Source: Eutreptiella sp. 'Long Island Sound 2002' (taxonomy: Eukaryota > Protista > Euglenida). From it: a stretch of DNA of 64,000 bases. Under the pieces are notes generated by a model that was not told the origin of the DNA, ran no database searches, and worked only from the letters and a program-made list of their open reading frames with translations. The stretch covers positions 143,282,001 to 143,346,000 of the forward strand of contig OZ038378.1 in NCBI GenBank assembly GCA_964036045.1. The letters are read 5' to 3'. Both the position numbers and the translations under genes were made by a program. Of the stretch, positions 34,747-47,102 are shown piece after piece (position 1 is the first letter of the stretch; each line of letters starts with the position of its first letter).

Positions 34747-34959
34747 TAGGTTGGTAAAATCAAGGGATAAAGGTCCTGTTAGAAAAGCGCTGTCAAACCA
34801 CCTCAAGGTAGGACAGAAAAGGGAAGTGTAACACACTCCCAAAACCTAGTGAACCACTAGATGGGAACATGAAACGGGATATTATGAAGCCCAGGGAGTG
34901 AAGGAGCAGACAATTCAGACTCTCCATATTTGCCTCTATTTGCCCCCTCCACCCCACCC

Positions 34960-36930
34960 CTCCCCACCTTTCCCATTGGCCTCGGCTCCTCCACAAGCAG
35001 CAAAAACCGAAACTGATCAAATCCCCATCCTCTGTCCACATGCCCAAAATGATGCTCCAAATGGGGTCGGCCCAAATTTCAGCCACCATAAGGCGAGGGT
35101 GCAAGCCGTGGGCTTGTGCCCCTTGGGGACCAGGAAACAGGGGAGCAGACCTTTTGCTGCCCCTACCCCCCCCAACAAAAATGGAGCCGGACGGAAAACA
35201 GGCCCGGCACCCTCCCCCCCCGAGCATGCCCTCGCACCCTCACTGCAGGCCGACACATGGTGATCGAGGTCCCTCCCCTCGCGGAAAGGGGGCGGACGCC
35301 AAACGACGAGTATGTTAGGATCTGGGACCTGCATGGTAACCCAGCATGTGGTCCTCCTCTCCCAAACAAGTGAGCCCCACGAGCCAATGAACGGACAGGT
35401 AGACCCATCCACCACTCTACCCCCCTCCCCCCAACCTGCGCCCCCAATCGGGAGGGTGCACGGAGTCGGCGCCCTCAGGGCCTAAAAAGTGGAGGCTGTG
35501 AAGGGCTCACAGCTTGACCGCTGTTGGTATCCCTTGAGCGGCCTGCCCGGGGAACCTTCAAGTGCGCGCGCGCCCCTCCAACTTCATCACAGACGCCTAG
35601 GCCAGCACAGCCCTGTGCACTCCAGTGCAGTTGTGGGCGACCCCTGGAGGCCAGACAACCACCTGCCGACCCCTGCCCCCCCCCCCTTCCCATCTTGGAG
35701 GGGCCAGTCCGATAGTGTGCCCTACTAGTCCCTAGGACTAACGGGGCAGCAGAGCCGCACCCGGGGACCTTCCCGGGCAGGTCCCAGAGCAGGGAAGCGC
35801 TCAGCGCGCCCAGGGACCCCTCCACCTGCCACCAGCGCCCCAGGCCGTGGGAGCGTGGGACCTAGCTAGTACGGCGGTGCCACCTGTGCTTGCAGGCAGT
35901 CAAGGAGAGCGGGTCCCCCCCAGTCGTGCCCGGCACACACCCGTCCCCGTGCGTACGTAGTCGTGGGACGGGCGGGCAGCGTGTCTGTGTGATCAGGAGG
36001 ATGCGATGCCCTGGCCCACTACTCCCCGGTGGGCTCAGCGTCAGGCTCCCATGGCCTCCCCACTGGGCCTGGAGCACCAGGCCACACTTGCCCCCCATGC
36101 GCAAGGCCCAGCCCCTCCGCCCAGCCCACGAACGCCGGCGCGCACGCGCTCCCAGGGGGCGTTTTCGCACAGCGCGGGCACAGCGCGGGCACAGCACGCG
36201 CACAGCGTCAATTATTACGGTGATTATCCAGGTAACAACCCTGAAAACCACCCACCTACGGAATCATGCACAATCAATTCAAACCTCAAAAATTCAAACA
36301 TCTGATGCTTGCCATGGGTCCCAGGGACCTAAATTCTGCCCCCTATCACCCCGTCCACTGCAGCAGCCATTCAATGACGTCCTTTCAATCTTTTGAACTT
36401 ACCGAACTCCCGGTGGTGGAGATCAGCCAACTTTTCGCACAGCGCACGGTACGCCCCCCCACACGCACACGCACACACCCAAGGGGCTAGGCCTCAGTGG
36501 TAGCGAGGCCAGGCCCAGTTAAAGCTGTCTAGCCAGAGCTCAGCCGCCATAGAACTTCTCCGCCCCGACGGCCCCCACAGACGGTTACCGCGGCATCGCC
36601 CTGCAGCCTGCAGCCCCGCCCACACCTCTGCCCGCACGCGCGCCCACACACAGGCGACGATATCTTCCGCCCACCTGCGCTTCGGTGGGGTCTGGTGGCT
36701 GCCGACAGTCCGCTCGGCCTTGGAACCGGACAGGCAGGTAGTTCAGCCTCGTGGTGGGGCAGGGAAGGAAGCCCACACCCGAGGGCCTGCTCCTGCATGA
36801 GGCCGCCAGCCCAACCTAACCCAACCCACCCTTCCCATTGGCCTCGGCTCACTCCACAAGCAGCAGAAACCGAAATTGATCAAATCCCCATCCTCTGTCC
36901 ACATGCCCAAAATGATGCTCCAATGGGGGG
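34960..36930 (-). mobile_element. Fragmented non-LTR (LINE-like) remnant with a ~105-bp duplicated segment
   Basis: 34964-35065 and 36825-36927 are nearly identical. Minus frames give W-rich stretches (PIWSIILGMW; WAEDIVACVWARVRAEVWAG) like LINE C-termini. No RT motif seen. Confidence 0.3.
36150..36470 (+). repeat. Dispersed repeat family E (also ~49270-49615)
   Basis: Shared cacagcgc..cacagcg..ttattac.gtg.ttatcc.gg.aaca..cctgaaaa.cacccacctac and cagccaact.ttcgcacagcgcacggt.cgcccccc blocks. Confidence 0.7.
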
Positions 36931-37452
36931 CTCAATCGGCGGGCTGCCACTGGGTGTGGAGTCGCACCACATGCGCAACCCATCCGACTTTTCTACCAAG
37001 AAACAACCCCAGTTTCCCCATGTATGAAAGGAGTGACATGGCTACATAACACCTGCCGTATTGGGTCTCTAAAGCAGAGAGGACATGGCTACATAAAGTG
37101 TTCACTTTTAAGGTTCACATTGTATCACCGTGGCATGCATGAATGTTAATCCGACTATATTTACAGGATCCACAACTGGCACCCAAATTTCCGGGTCAGG
37201 TGCTGGTCTAGGACCACCTGCTGTAGCACAGCCAATGGAGTGCGCTGTGTGCCTTTAGTGCAGGGGTTGCTTGCCAGGCCCAGAGGCCAGATCCATACCT
37301 TTATGCCGCACCCTGTGACCTGCATGCCTGCATCCGTTGCATGTGATCACTACATTGTCTCCAAGCGGCTTTCTGTATGTCATAGCACATGTACAAACTC
37401 TGTGGCTTTGCCCAATACATCTCTCAAAGCAGCACATGCACCTGCTCAAAGC

Positions 37453-37619
37453 GATTTATCAAAACACCCTTTGTGGCTGTTGTGGACCAGTAAGTGCACA
37501 TCTTGATCGTCAACCGTCCTATGCAGTAGTTTGCTCCACACATCAAACTGCCTTGTTGTACCCTGCTGGGCAGTGTAACGCCCAGTGCCAGTGCCCCACT
37601 TTCTCTTGAAATATGCGCT
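37453..37619. repeat. Second copy of the 26669-26830 module
   Basis: See 26669-26830. Confidence 0.75.
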
Positions 37620-38061
37620 TTGAGATCCCATGCCATGGGCACTGTATGGAGGGATGTCATTGTGCACACCTTATGTGAGGAACCACATACACCCTGTAGT
37701 TGTGTTTTCTGGACAGTGGCTTGCAACAAAGACCGCCGTTCTGAGAAAGAGCAACAAATTGCTCAGTGCAGCTGCAGGCACACAGGCATACTCAAAAATA
37801 TCACAGGATATTAGAACATGCTACACCATCAAGAATTCATGTGGCGTGCACACAGAGGCAGGTCCAATTCGGCACACAGCAAATTCGGAGTGGACAGCAG
37901 CAGTTCCCCCAAAAACTGTGAAAGATTCTGTATTCAGAAGAACAAGGTGAGAAACGTGCGCACCAGTGGGTTCAACGAAAAATTTCAGGACAAAGTAATG
38001 ATGAATCGAAACAAGGGGGTTGTTGGGTGCAATGTCTGACTGGCAGGTCATGGATGCACAT

Positions 38062-38754
38062 GGGGGGAATGTTTGCCCGGCGCGCGCCCGGCGTGCTACT
38101 TTTCTATTAACTATCCCGACTTCAGCCCCAGATTTACCCTCTCATGGAGAAGCCCCCCAAGTAGACCACGTTGCACTGCACACCTTCCCTACAAAGCACG
38201 TTGCATAATATAGCAATATCTGTGAATTCAGCAACTCCAACTGTCATCTGTATTGTACTTAACAAACAACATTGGTCCCACAAGTGTGGGTGTCAATACA
38301 TTCAGTACAACAGTGCTCCTTACATTCATCACAAACTGCGATGGTGGAGCGCTTCTGGCAACACAACACACACACTTCTGCCTCATCCTCTGCCTCATCT
38401 TGCGTGCCACAACCGAGCAAACAGCTGCTCAATGCGTGCCCTATACCACCCGTGCACGTCATTGTAACATTGTTGGCGGGCTGTCAAAGTGCCATTCTTT
38501 CTTCCAATGAGAGGCACAATGACATGAATCCGGCCTTTATAAGCACCATCATGGCCCCCAACTTCGAAATCAAAGAAATCACCTCGGGTACGGGAAGGTC
38601 CATACCCATCCCAAATCAAAACATCTGCTGATGTCCCGGGGGCTAAGGGGCAAATCCATATAATGTTGCCCAACATATCAACAGCAACAGTCCACCGGTA
38701 GGGCACGGGTCACAAAAGATGCCCGGCGCGCGCGCGGCGCGCTAACGTTCCCCC
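38062..38754 (-). mobile_element. Deletion derivative of a PHIS/ISL2EU-like element with AT target duplication
   Basis: TIR ggggggaatgtt.. / ..aacgttccccc; AT at 38060-38061 and 38755-38756. Carries the transposase core (TVAVDMLGNIIWICPLAPGTSADV...HDGAYKG...RARIEQLF) and, after a frameshifting ~160-bp deletion, the same zinc finger (CVLCC..CDECKEHCCTECIDTHTC). Confidence 0.8.
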
Positions 38755-39099
38755 ATGGCTGCCGATTGTGCTGGCACTGCGCCAGATGCCTGCAATGCTC
38801 AGCCGGATACGTGCAGCATGCATGTGACCATGCAACTGCATGGCAAAGAAGTACAAACCATTCAATGGTGTCATTGATTGTGGTGAGACTGACATGGTTC
38901 GCCAGAAGAAGCCATCGGCATTGTTCAGGTTCTTAGAGCAGTTCGGCTACATCAAGTGTTGTTGTCTGCTCGCAAAAAGTTCAACCCGGATATTATCCTG
39001 GGATACCTGTAGGGCAGCCAGTCCATTTTCAAGGACATGGCGGGCCAGCTGGTAGTTCTCAGTTTGATAGGAAGGCAGGTTCGCAGGGGAAACACCCAG

Positions 39100-40050
39100 T
39101 GTGCTGCAACAGTCCCGTACATGTTACAGTGATGGGGGCCACCGCGGCCAAGAGGTGATTAAATGGAATAAATGGGATGGGGTGGCAGGTGGGAATACAG
39201 TGTGCGTGCATGCCACGGAGCCAAGGATTGCGACTCCAATCCTCACTCTCTGACCGTGCAATTGGCATGCGGCGCCCCCACATATACTCAGCGTATAAAC
39301 GTGCCCTGCTCCTCCATGGGCAGCACAAAAGCCTCTCGATCAAACGGCAGTGCATTCGGACCAGCGAGAGACATACCTTTCCCCACACCCCCGCCCACTT
39401 GTGCCGAGGAACCAGCAATGGTTTGCCGCAGATTTCTTGCGGCCATGAGCAGCCCACAACGCAGTCGTAGTGGCAGGAAAAGGGCCGCGCAACCGGAGCC
39501 AGGGGGTTGGTTCTTGTGCAAGGTGACCTGGTGTCCCCAAGCCCACTAGCGGCGCTCGTACATGCATTCCCTCCTCCGCAGGCCGCCCAGGGGTGCCCTC
39601 ACACACCGCCCCTTGCTGCAAAGCACCAGCGACAGCACACCCTGCAAGATAGTACCTCTCGAAGGGTGTGCCATAAACGCAAGAGGGGCCTCCAAAGGTC
39701 AGGTGTGGACGCGCCACTGTGCTCCAGCCGCGCCCGCCTGCACGCCGCCTTCATTGCCGTTCAGTTCGATCCAGGTTCATTGGATTGGTTTCACAGTCGT
39801 TGTCACGTTGTTTGCTTCCCTGAAATCCCTGGTCGGAGGTCTTCGGTGCTGCTTGATGCACCCGTACGCTGCGCAACGATCAGGGTCGTGGCGCGCATAC
39901 CGTGCCTCATGATACCGCAAGAGAGGGGCAGGTGTTGTGCTGTAAATGCGACATCAAAACCACCCACAGCATCTCGCATCAAATGTGATGTCTTTTTATC
40001 GAGGTATAAATACACAGGCATGCCAAGCACCCCATGTCATATATGTTAGG
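39100..40050 (-). pseudogene. Possible LINE ORF2 C-terminal remnant
   Basis: Broken minus frames (HLPLSCG..; LWRPLLRLWHTLREVL; WRSRARLYAEY); the resemblance is only compositional. Confidence 0.25.
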
Positions 40051-43000
40051 GGTCAGGGGGGGGGGGCAGAAAAAAACCATTGTAGGCCACTGCTCATGAA
40101 CCTAGCCCACTGCGCAGCCGGTGCTCACTGGCTTTGAACTCCATCCTTCTCAAGACTGTGAGCTTGGGCTCCCAAGCTCATGATCTGGGAATCTGAACAC
40201 AATGCCAGGGGATTCCATTGCACCAGGGGTTCCCCCGTCAGTGGCGTGCCGCAGTTGCAACACGTTTACCTTGTGTGCGCACCTACAATGTTTGGAACGC
40301 TGCGAATGCTGTGGTTGGAGAAGGGTCATTAGCCAATTGGCCATTGGCCAATTATCCGTGTTTCTGACGACCATTGTTGTTTACATGCCCCAACTCTGTG
40401 CTTGTTCCGGATGCCAGAGGAGGAGGAGGAGGGGTCTATAGCCATGAATCATTCAGGGGGCGGTTGTGCGCAGCGCGTGCACGGCGGCCATTGCCGGGAT
40501 GAGGGCACCAGAGGCCAGAGGCCAGAACCCAATACCACCAACCACTCAGACGTGGCATGCATCGCGGAAAACTTGCAACTGAACATCACACAGCAGTACA
40601 GCCTTCTTGTTCCCATCTACATGTCACACACACACACACACACACGCACGCACACACACACACACACACACACACCGTTTGGCTGGTTCCCTGGACCTCA
40701 CCGCCCTCATGACACGGGCACAGTATATTTCAAACAACCATCTGACGGGCGGGAGCGCGCGGCCCTGCACACTGTGGATAAGAGGGGCAGTGACGCCAAA
40801 CTGGGGTTTCTGGGGCCACCTGGGTTCCACAGCCATGCGCGTACAACTAAAGGCTCGGCTCCTAGCTCCTACGGTATTTGGTGGGTTGTCAAAAAAGCCG
40901 CATGGACACGGCAATGGCATTCTAACGATTGCCCAGGAACTTCCCCAAGGTGGCAGCGGTGGAGACTCGGAACACCGTACGGCGAAAGAGACAAATTCCA
41001 TGCAGCACCGCCAATTCACCACATTCACAGATTGATGCCCCAAAGTACTCCTTGGGTGGCCTATGCTCACTTCATACGACATTGACTTGTGCTTGGGGGT
41101 CCAGAGCAGCGGAATTTACGAACAGCGCATGCACAACGCACGCACACTGCATGATGCACACCCTCAAGATGCTCCAAGGGGGAGTATCCGCACCGCGCAT
41201 GCACCGCGCATGCACCGCGTCAGGTATTTGAACAACTTCTCCAGGAGATGGTCTACCGGGAGAGGAGTTGTAGATGGTACCTGGTGGGCTTTGAGGCGTT
41301 ACCATTCCCCCTGATTGGCCCTGGATGAAAGGGTCTACGGAACAACCCCAGTACCCGCACCGCGCATGCACCGCGCGCGCACCGCGTCTGATACTCCCCC
41401 CAACTGCAAGCAATGATCGGAGTGCAGTGAATGGGCCTGCTTGTGGCACCGACGAAACTCCACCAACGAAAAGTGATTGGAGGAGAAGGATGAAGGGCAT
41501 GATGCACCCCATGTGACCACGTGTGTGTCCCAGAGACAATTCAAACTGCTGGGCTCAGCTTCGAAGATGTCACTTAGCGACTGAGCACCAGAACGTTGAC
41601 ATTGGATAGCCCTGTTGCCGGCTCACTACTCGCCCCCGAACTCGCCTGACATGTAACGAGCGAGGGTAGTCGCATGAAAGGGGGGCTGGGCGGTCAGAGG
41701 GTAGGTTGGGGTGCCTTCAAGGTGCGTTACACAACACAAAAACTGGTAGGGATAGGGTCACTGGTGGGGAGGGTCAGAAAGGCAATCAAGGGGTCAGTAC
41801 ACTCAATTTATGTCGAATGTAAGGGAAACCCATGGAGAATAATAAACGGGTCGGAACGAGGCTTGGTTCATGTGGTGCCCAAAGTTGCTGATTGCGATTC
41901 GAATGATGATTGCAACTTCAAACATTTCCCAAATCTGCAGCGGTTTCTTGATGCCAAACAAAAGGTGGAGGTGGCAACCGAAGTGAAAAATAGTTGATCG
42001 CCACATCTCACTTGTATAGCTCGCACACTCCGTGGGCAGACCAGCAAGAGGCGTGCTAACGTAGCAAAGTTGCCAGATTGGGCCAAAACAGGCAAAACTT
42101 GCCAGCTTCGCTTCTTGTGGCGTGCCCTGTAGGACCAAAAGCCAACTTGAATCAATGTTTACTGTACTTTTGCATGGCAAATTGACAGGCCAGCGGCCGG
42201 CAAATCAAGGATCAACGCTGGAAATCAATGCGAAGGCCTACTGTACAAGCGACTGCTTCTGCAGCATTGAAGAGCTTTAAAAGTCATCAACATTTCTGGT
42301 CTTGGATCAAATTGTCATGCCTCCTGGCTATGGTCAGATTCGGACAGGCCGCCCTCCCCCCCCAAGCGCCGGCCATCGGCCCATGACGAGAGACACACGA
42401 GCACCCGCACAAAACCGGACCTTTTGCCGTCCCCTAACCCGCCCGGGGTCCAGGGGAACGCGCTGCCTCCCACCCAACCCCCGGTGGCCGTGGCCCGGGG
42501 CGTGGGGCGCCCAATGGCCGGCCGGCTGGAGGGCGCACCATCGCGGCCCAACAACACCAGTCTGGCCCCATGATTTCTTGGGACTCAAATATGCCCCCAT
42601 TGGGGCGATGGGCATTGCTGGTGCGTCTTCAGTGTGCCCACGGTGGCACTCCCCCAAACCCTACCTCAAAGACTTGGAAGTGCAGTGCACCCGCGCCTGC
42701 TCACATGTGTGCCTGCATGCACGTCCGCGGGGACCCCCATTGGACCGGGTCAGCACGGCCGACCCTTCGTGCACCGACCTCCTTGGCCTGAGGGCATAGC
42801 CGTGGCTTGAGGGCCCTAATGGACGTGCCCCGGGACACACGACAGGGGGATGACGGGCTCGACCCCAGCCCCGACCCCAAACATGGGCGGGTTCGTGTGG
42901 TGCCTCCCGCGGAAATCCCCCCCCCCATAATGCCATGTCCCGTTTGCTGTGCCTGCAAATTGTCTTTTGGGGGGGGGGGGGGGCGTTGATACTGCCGAGC

Positions 43001-43362
43001 TGGCACGGCGGGTGCCACCAAGCCACCACTTCCAGGACGGTTGTGGGGGCAGGCTGCGGCCCCGGTGCACTAGGCGCTGGCAGCGGTTGTCACAGGGAAA
43101 CAGCACCTCATCTCAGCGATTACTCGAGCAGGTGCCTGTGTCGCCAGAACCAGCAAACCCAGGACCTGTGACTGGGATTGCACATCTTTTGCTCAGCTTG
43201 ATTGAGTTCGCCAGGGATCCCTCTGTGCGCATGTGCGTGTTTGTGCATGTGCCTCATGCTACACCAATAAGGGCCTAACCACTGGAGATTGATTTGAGAT
43301 GGTGCTTTTCAATGCAACCCACAGTCAGCCCCTGCACTAGTGTTTCATGGACCGTTCACAAA

Positions 43363-43560
43363 TCAGACCGACTGACAGCCACGCAGCTCCTCCCACAGGG
43401 ACTCCATCGTTGCACGCTCCTCGGGGCTCCGGCACAGCCCACGCGTGACCACCGACCGTAGAACGGGGTCCTGCACTGCCTGGAGCTCCGCGTCTGGAGC
43501 GTCCGAGGCCGCGGTCTGCGTGCAAAGCTCGAGCAGGACCACAGCAAACGCGTACACGTC
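43363..43560 (-). CDS. Pseudokinase exon, subdomains IX-XI (DVYAFAVVLLELCT...DPVLRSVVTRGLCRSPEERATMESLWEEL)
   Basis: Acceptor cccctcacag| at 43560 (phase 0) joins the phase-0 donor at 46640 to give AWGAAQ|DVYAFAVVLLEL. Ends either at TGA 43363-43365 or at a donor TCG|gtctga after 43369. Confidence 0.85.
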   Translation of the reverse strand, partial: DVYAFAVVLLELCTQTAASDAPDAELQAVQDPVLRSVVTRGLCRSPEERATMESLWEELRGCQSV

Positions 43561-45364
43561 CTGTGAGGGGCCGGGGTACATGCGGTGGCCAGGAAAGCCC
43601 TGGAAGATGATGTGCTGGGGCAAAGCCATGCTTGCGCTGGAAGGGGGGGGGGGGTTAGGGTGCAGTGACTCAGCGATGACATGCATGGGGGCGGTCCAAA
43701 GGCCCCGGGAACATGATGTGGGGCCGGCATGCATTGGACACGTGTGCAAAATGTGTGGATGAGCCCTGGCGCTAGGGGCGGGTGGCTTCAGCTTACCTCA
43801 TCATATATATCTCTCGGGGACGTTTAGAATCTGCCAACTTTGTGCGTTTCGGCACTTTTTGGGATTTTTTACCAGGTTTGCTTTGATTTGCAAACATGTC
43901 ATCACATGGGGGGGGGGGGGGGTATGCGTGTATTTTTTGACATCTGTGAGAAAAGGCTGCTTCAGAAATGTATGGGTTGGGGGAGCGGGGGTCACATTTT
44001 TGAGCACAGAGCTACACATTGGATGGTGCACACAAACAGGCACTGCCCCGTTGAATTGTCTTTATTCCGAAGCATCGTCGTCATCGGCATTGCCTTTTTC
44101 AGGCAGGCCTGGGACCCCGTTGGGGCAGACATCACCCTGTTTGTGGACAGGGACATATTTCTTCAGTTTTCCCAATCTTGCAACCTCCGTGCCTTCACTT
44201 GCAACCACCCTTCGTTGAGAGGCAAAGCCCACAGGCCGAGGTCCACATTTTCCTCTTTGCTCAACAGGACCTTGCTCACGGGGTCAGGTGTACTGCCAAA
44301 ATCCAGCAACTTTTTCGTCTCAGACCAACACAGAGTTCTGCAGATGGTCTCTGTGGCTGCTTGTTGACAAAAGAGGCAGCAAGCAACACAGGCACCGCAC
44401 CGTCCAAAATGGAAGAAAATCTCAGACATGTCGTTAGTACAGCATGCAGACCCCGGGTGTTCCACATAGCCCTTTTCAAGGGCTTTCCGAATATACCCTA
44501 CATACCCCCCCACCCTTCGGGACACTCACGGGGCACAAATCAGGCAACAGGGGCGGCAGTCCGTACGAAGGTGGCAGAAAAACGGACGTCCCTGAGAGAT
44601 GTCCTTGGCATATGATTACTTGACGCCAATTCAAATCCGCCACCAAACCATAAACCCTACATTTGTGGATGTTATGAACCGTATACTTGATATCAGTATC
44701 AATGAAGAAAATTACAAAAAAAAAAAACGCTTTTCATCAGCAAGACCTAATGCGACCACCAAGAAATCTCATTAGAATTTTCCATAAAATAAAGAATTTT
44801 CCATTTTTAATAAGTGTTCAGCTTTTCAAAGTTTTTACCACTAGAGGCATAGAGCAGCTTTTAAATCAACTAATTCCGAGGAAAGGGACATGAAAATCTT
44901 GTGGAAAACACTGTTTTGAAAAACCAAAACAGACGGATGGAGAGAGAAAAAGAAGACACATTTCTGGGGTGTTGGTTTCCTTTTGGTACTGAGTGCTCAC
45001 CGTTTTGTTTGCCATACTGTTCTCCCTGTCTCTCGTGTTTTCCGACTGCGAGCAGAAGTTGTGCCAAGTACTTGTCATCCTGGCAAGGCAGACCAATGCT
45101 AAGTGGCGAGCCCACACGTCGGGCTACCACTGATGCGAGTGATTCGGAGCCTAGCCTTCAAAAGTCTGGGGAGGGGGGAAAGCATGCGATCGGTTGACCA
45201 TGACAAACGTGTGTGAAAGCGAAAAAAGCGCAATGTGTCGTTGTTCACAAGTACCCGGATGTCTCAAACGGAAACCTGGACACCGTCGCAATCCACTGCC
45301 CATCCAATCGTGCATCGCAGACGAGCTGTGTCCAGTACCTAACATGCAACCGGATGGATGCGGA

Positions 45365-45625
45365 CTAACCCTAACCCTAATCAAGATTGAATACTGGGAC
45401 CGAGCTGGTGGGGGAGGGAACATCAGCTATGCCTGGTGAGGGACATCAAGAATCATTCACACATTGATGACTCTTGACAAAGTGAAATCAGCTTGCAAGT
45501 GAACCCCATCACCACGAGGCCCACTTTCAAGGCTTTTTGGACTTCTGAGGGGCCAAAAATTCCCCAAAATGGGCTCAAAATGGGCTCATTTCACCCGGTT
45601 GTGCACCCCAAATGGTCTAGGAATG
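45365..45625 (+). mobile_element. 5' partial copy of the telomeric-repeat-initiated element
   Basis: gactaaccctaaccctaatcaag..accgagctggtgg.. matches units 1 and 2 for ~260 bp, then switches to other repeat sequence. Confidence 0.8.
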
Positions 45626-45949
45626 TCCGCGGGAAAATTTTCGTGAGGGGAAGATTTCGACCCACCTCCAATTTTGGCGCGGGGCCATCAGACGCGGGAA
45701 ACTTCGACACCCCCCACCTTTGGTTCCTCGTGGACAATCGGTTGGTGAAACTTTGGCCAGACCCAAACTTTGAACAACCCCAACCCATCGGCAAGACAAA
45801 CGGACGTGACACACAGACTGAGCGCCGGCCACAGCGCAACAAGGCCCGGCTACCGCCGCCGCGGAGGATGCGCAAGGAGCAGGAGGTGCCCCAAATTGCG
45901 CAAAAAAAATTGTCGCGGGGAAAATCTCGACACCCAACTACAAAACACG

Positions 45950-46385
45950 CCCCCTGTGTGACATTCCGTCGGGTTGTTGTTCCTTTACGGGGCCCTGGGC
46001 AGTCACCCGTTCTTCCCTTCGCATGTTGCGTTGGGTCGCTGCTTTCTGTCGGCCGCTGCGGCCGGTGCTCCTGCTGGTGTCGTTGCGCGTTCGCAGAGCC
46101 CAGTGGTTGGTGTGCCGGGGCTGTGCTGGATGTGGCGGGATGTGCCGTTTGAGTGTCAGCGGCGCCCAATAATTGGCGTATTGAGGATGTGCTGGTTGTT
46201 GCCGAGGCCGTTTGACTGTGTTTGCTGTCCACACACCTCTGTCCACAGGCCGTCCATAGCCTGCCTCGCTGTGTTTCTGTGAGGCCCAGGTGCCCTGTTC
46301 CTCCACGCGCTGTCCGGGCCATCCACCATATGTCCTTTTCCCCCTCAGGGCTGGTCTGCCCCTGATGGGCTCCCGCTCCTGTTGC
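45950..46385 (+). repeat. Dispersed repeat family D (inverted copies at ~58420-58835 and ~60735-60948)
   Basis: The blocks gtcacccgttcttcccttcgcatgttgcg, cagcggcgcccaata and ccatccaccatatgtccttttcccc occur as reverse complements in the other two loci. Confidence 0.85.
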
Positions 46386-46639
46386 CCCCCCCCCCCCCGT
46401 ATTCTGGTGCCACGAAACAACAAAACCCGCGGTCATCCGAGGGGCTCCGTGTTTGGACACACGCACCCCCGTCTTTGGACACGGGAAACTGCATTCATGA
46501 AGCCCGGCCCAGTCCCCAACACCGACGCCGCTGTCGCCTGCGCGTGGGGAAGGCACGCCCGCAAAGGCCAAGGGTCCGCGAAACGCCGCGCAGTGCGGCC
46601 ACGCCACTCAGACACAGCGGAGGCACGGGCGCCGGAGAC

Positions 46640-47041
46640 CTGTGCGGCGCCCCACGCGACGGGGGGGGCACCGGCGTCGGCGCCGCGGAGCTCCGGCGCG
46701 GCGTATTGGCGGCGGTCGGCGGCGTCCGGCCCCTCCCCCTCCGGCACCCACCCGGCGCCGTACAGCGCCACGCGGGCCGTGGCGGGGTCGTACCACAGAT
46801 GCGCGGGCGACAGGAGCGGGTACGGGACCGCGTGCCGCTGCAGGTACACGAGGGCGCTGCAGACCTGCTGCGCGATGCGCCGCACGCCGTGGGGGGGCAC
46901 GCTGCCTGGCCGCTCCAGAAACAGCGAGTGGCAGGTTTGACGGAAGGGCTCGTGGATGAGGGCGGAGCCGTCGGTGTCGGGAAGCCCCTGGACGGTGCCG
47001 TAGCACCGCACGAGCGCGGGGTGCTGGAGCCCCATCATGAC
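46640..47041 (-). CDS. Pseudokinase exon, subdomains III/IV-VIII (VMMGLQHPALVRCYG...YPLLSPAHL...RVALYGAG...YAAPEL)
   Basis: Acceptor ttcctcccccgcag| and donor CAG|gtctcc; 402 nt = 134 codons, very high GC3. LQHP.LV..YG and Y.APE are retained; HRD and DFG are absent. The upstream exon(s) were not found. Confidence 0.85.
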
Positions 47042-47102
47042 CTGCGGGGGAGGAAGGGGATGGGGTGGGCGACGGAAGATGACCCGTGGGGATGGGGACG
47101 GC

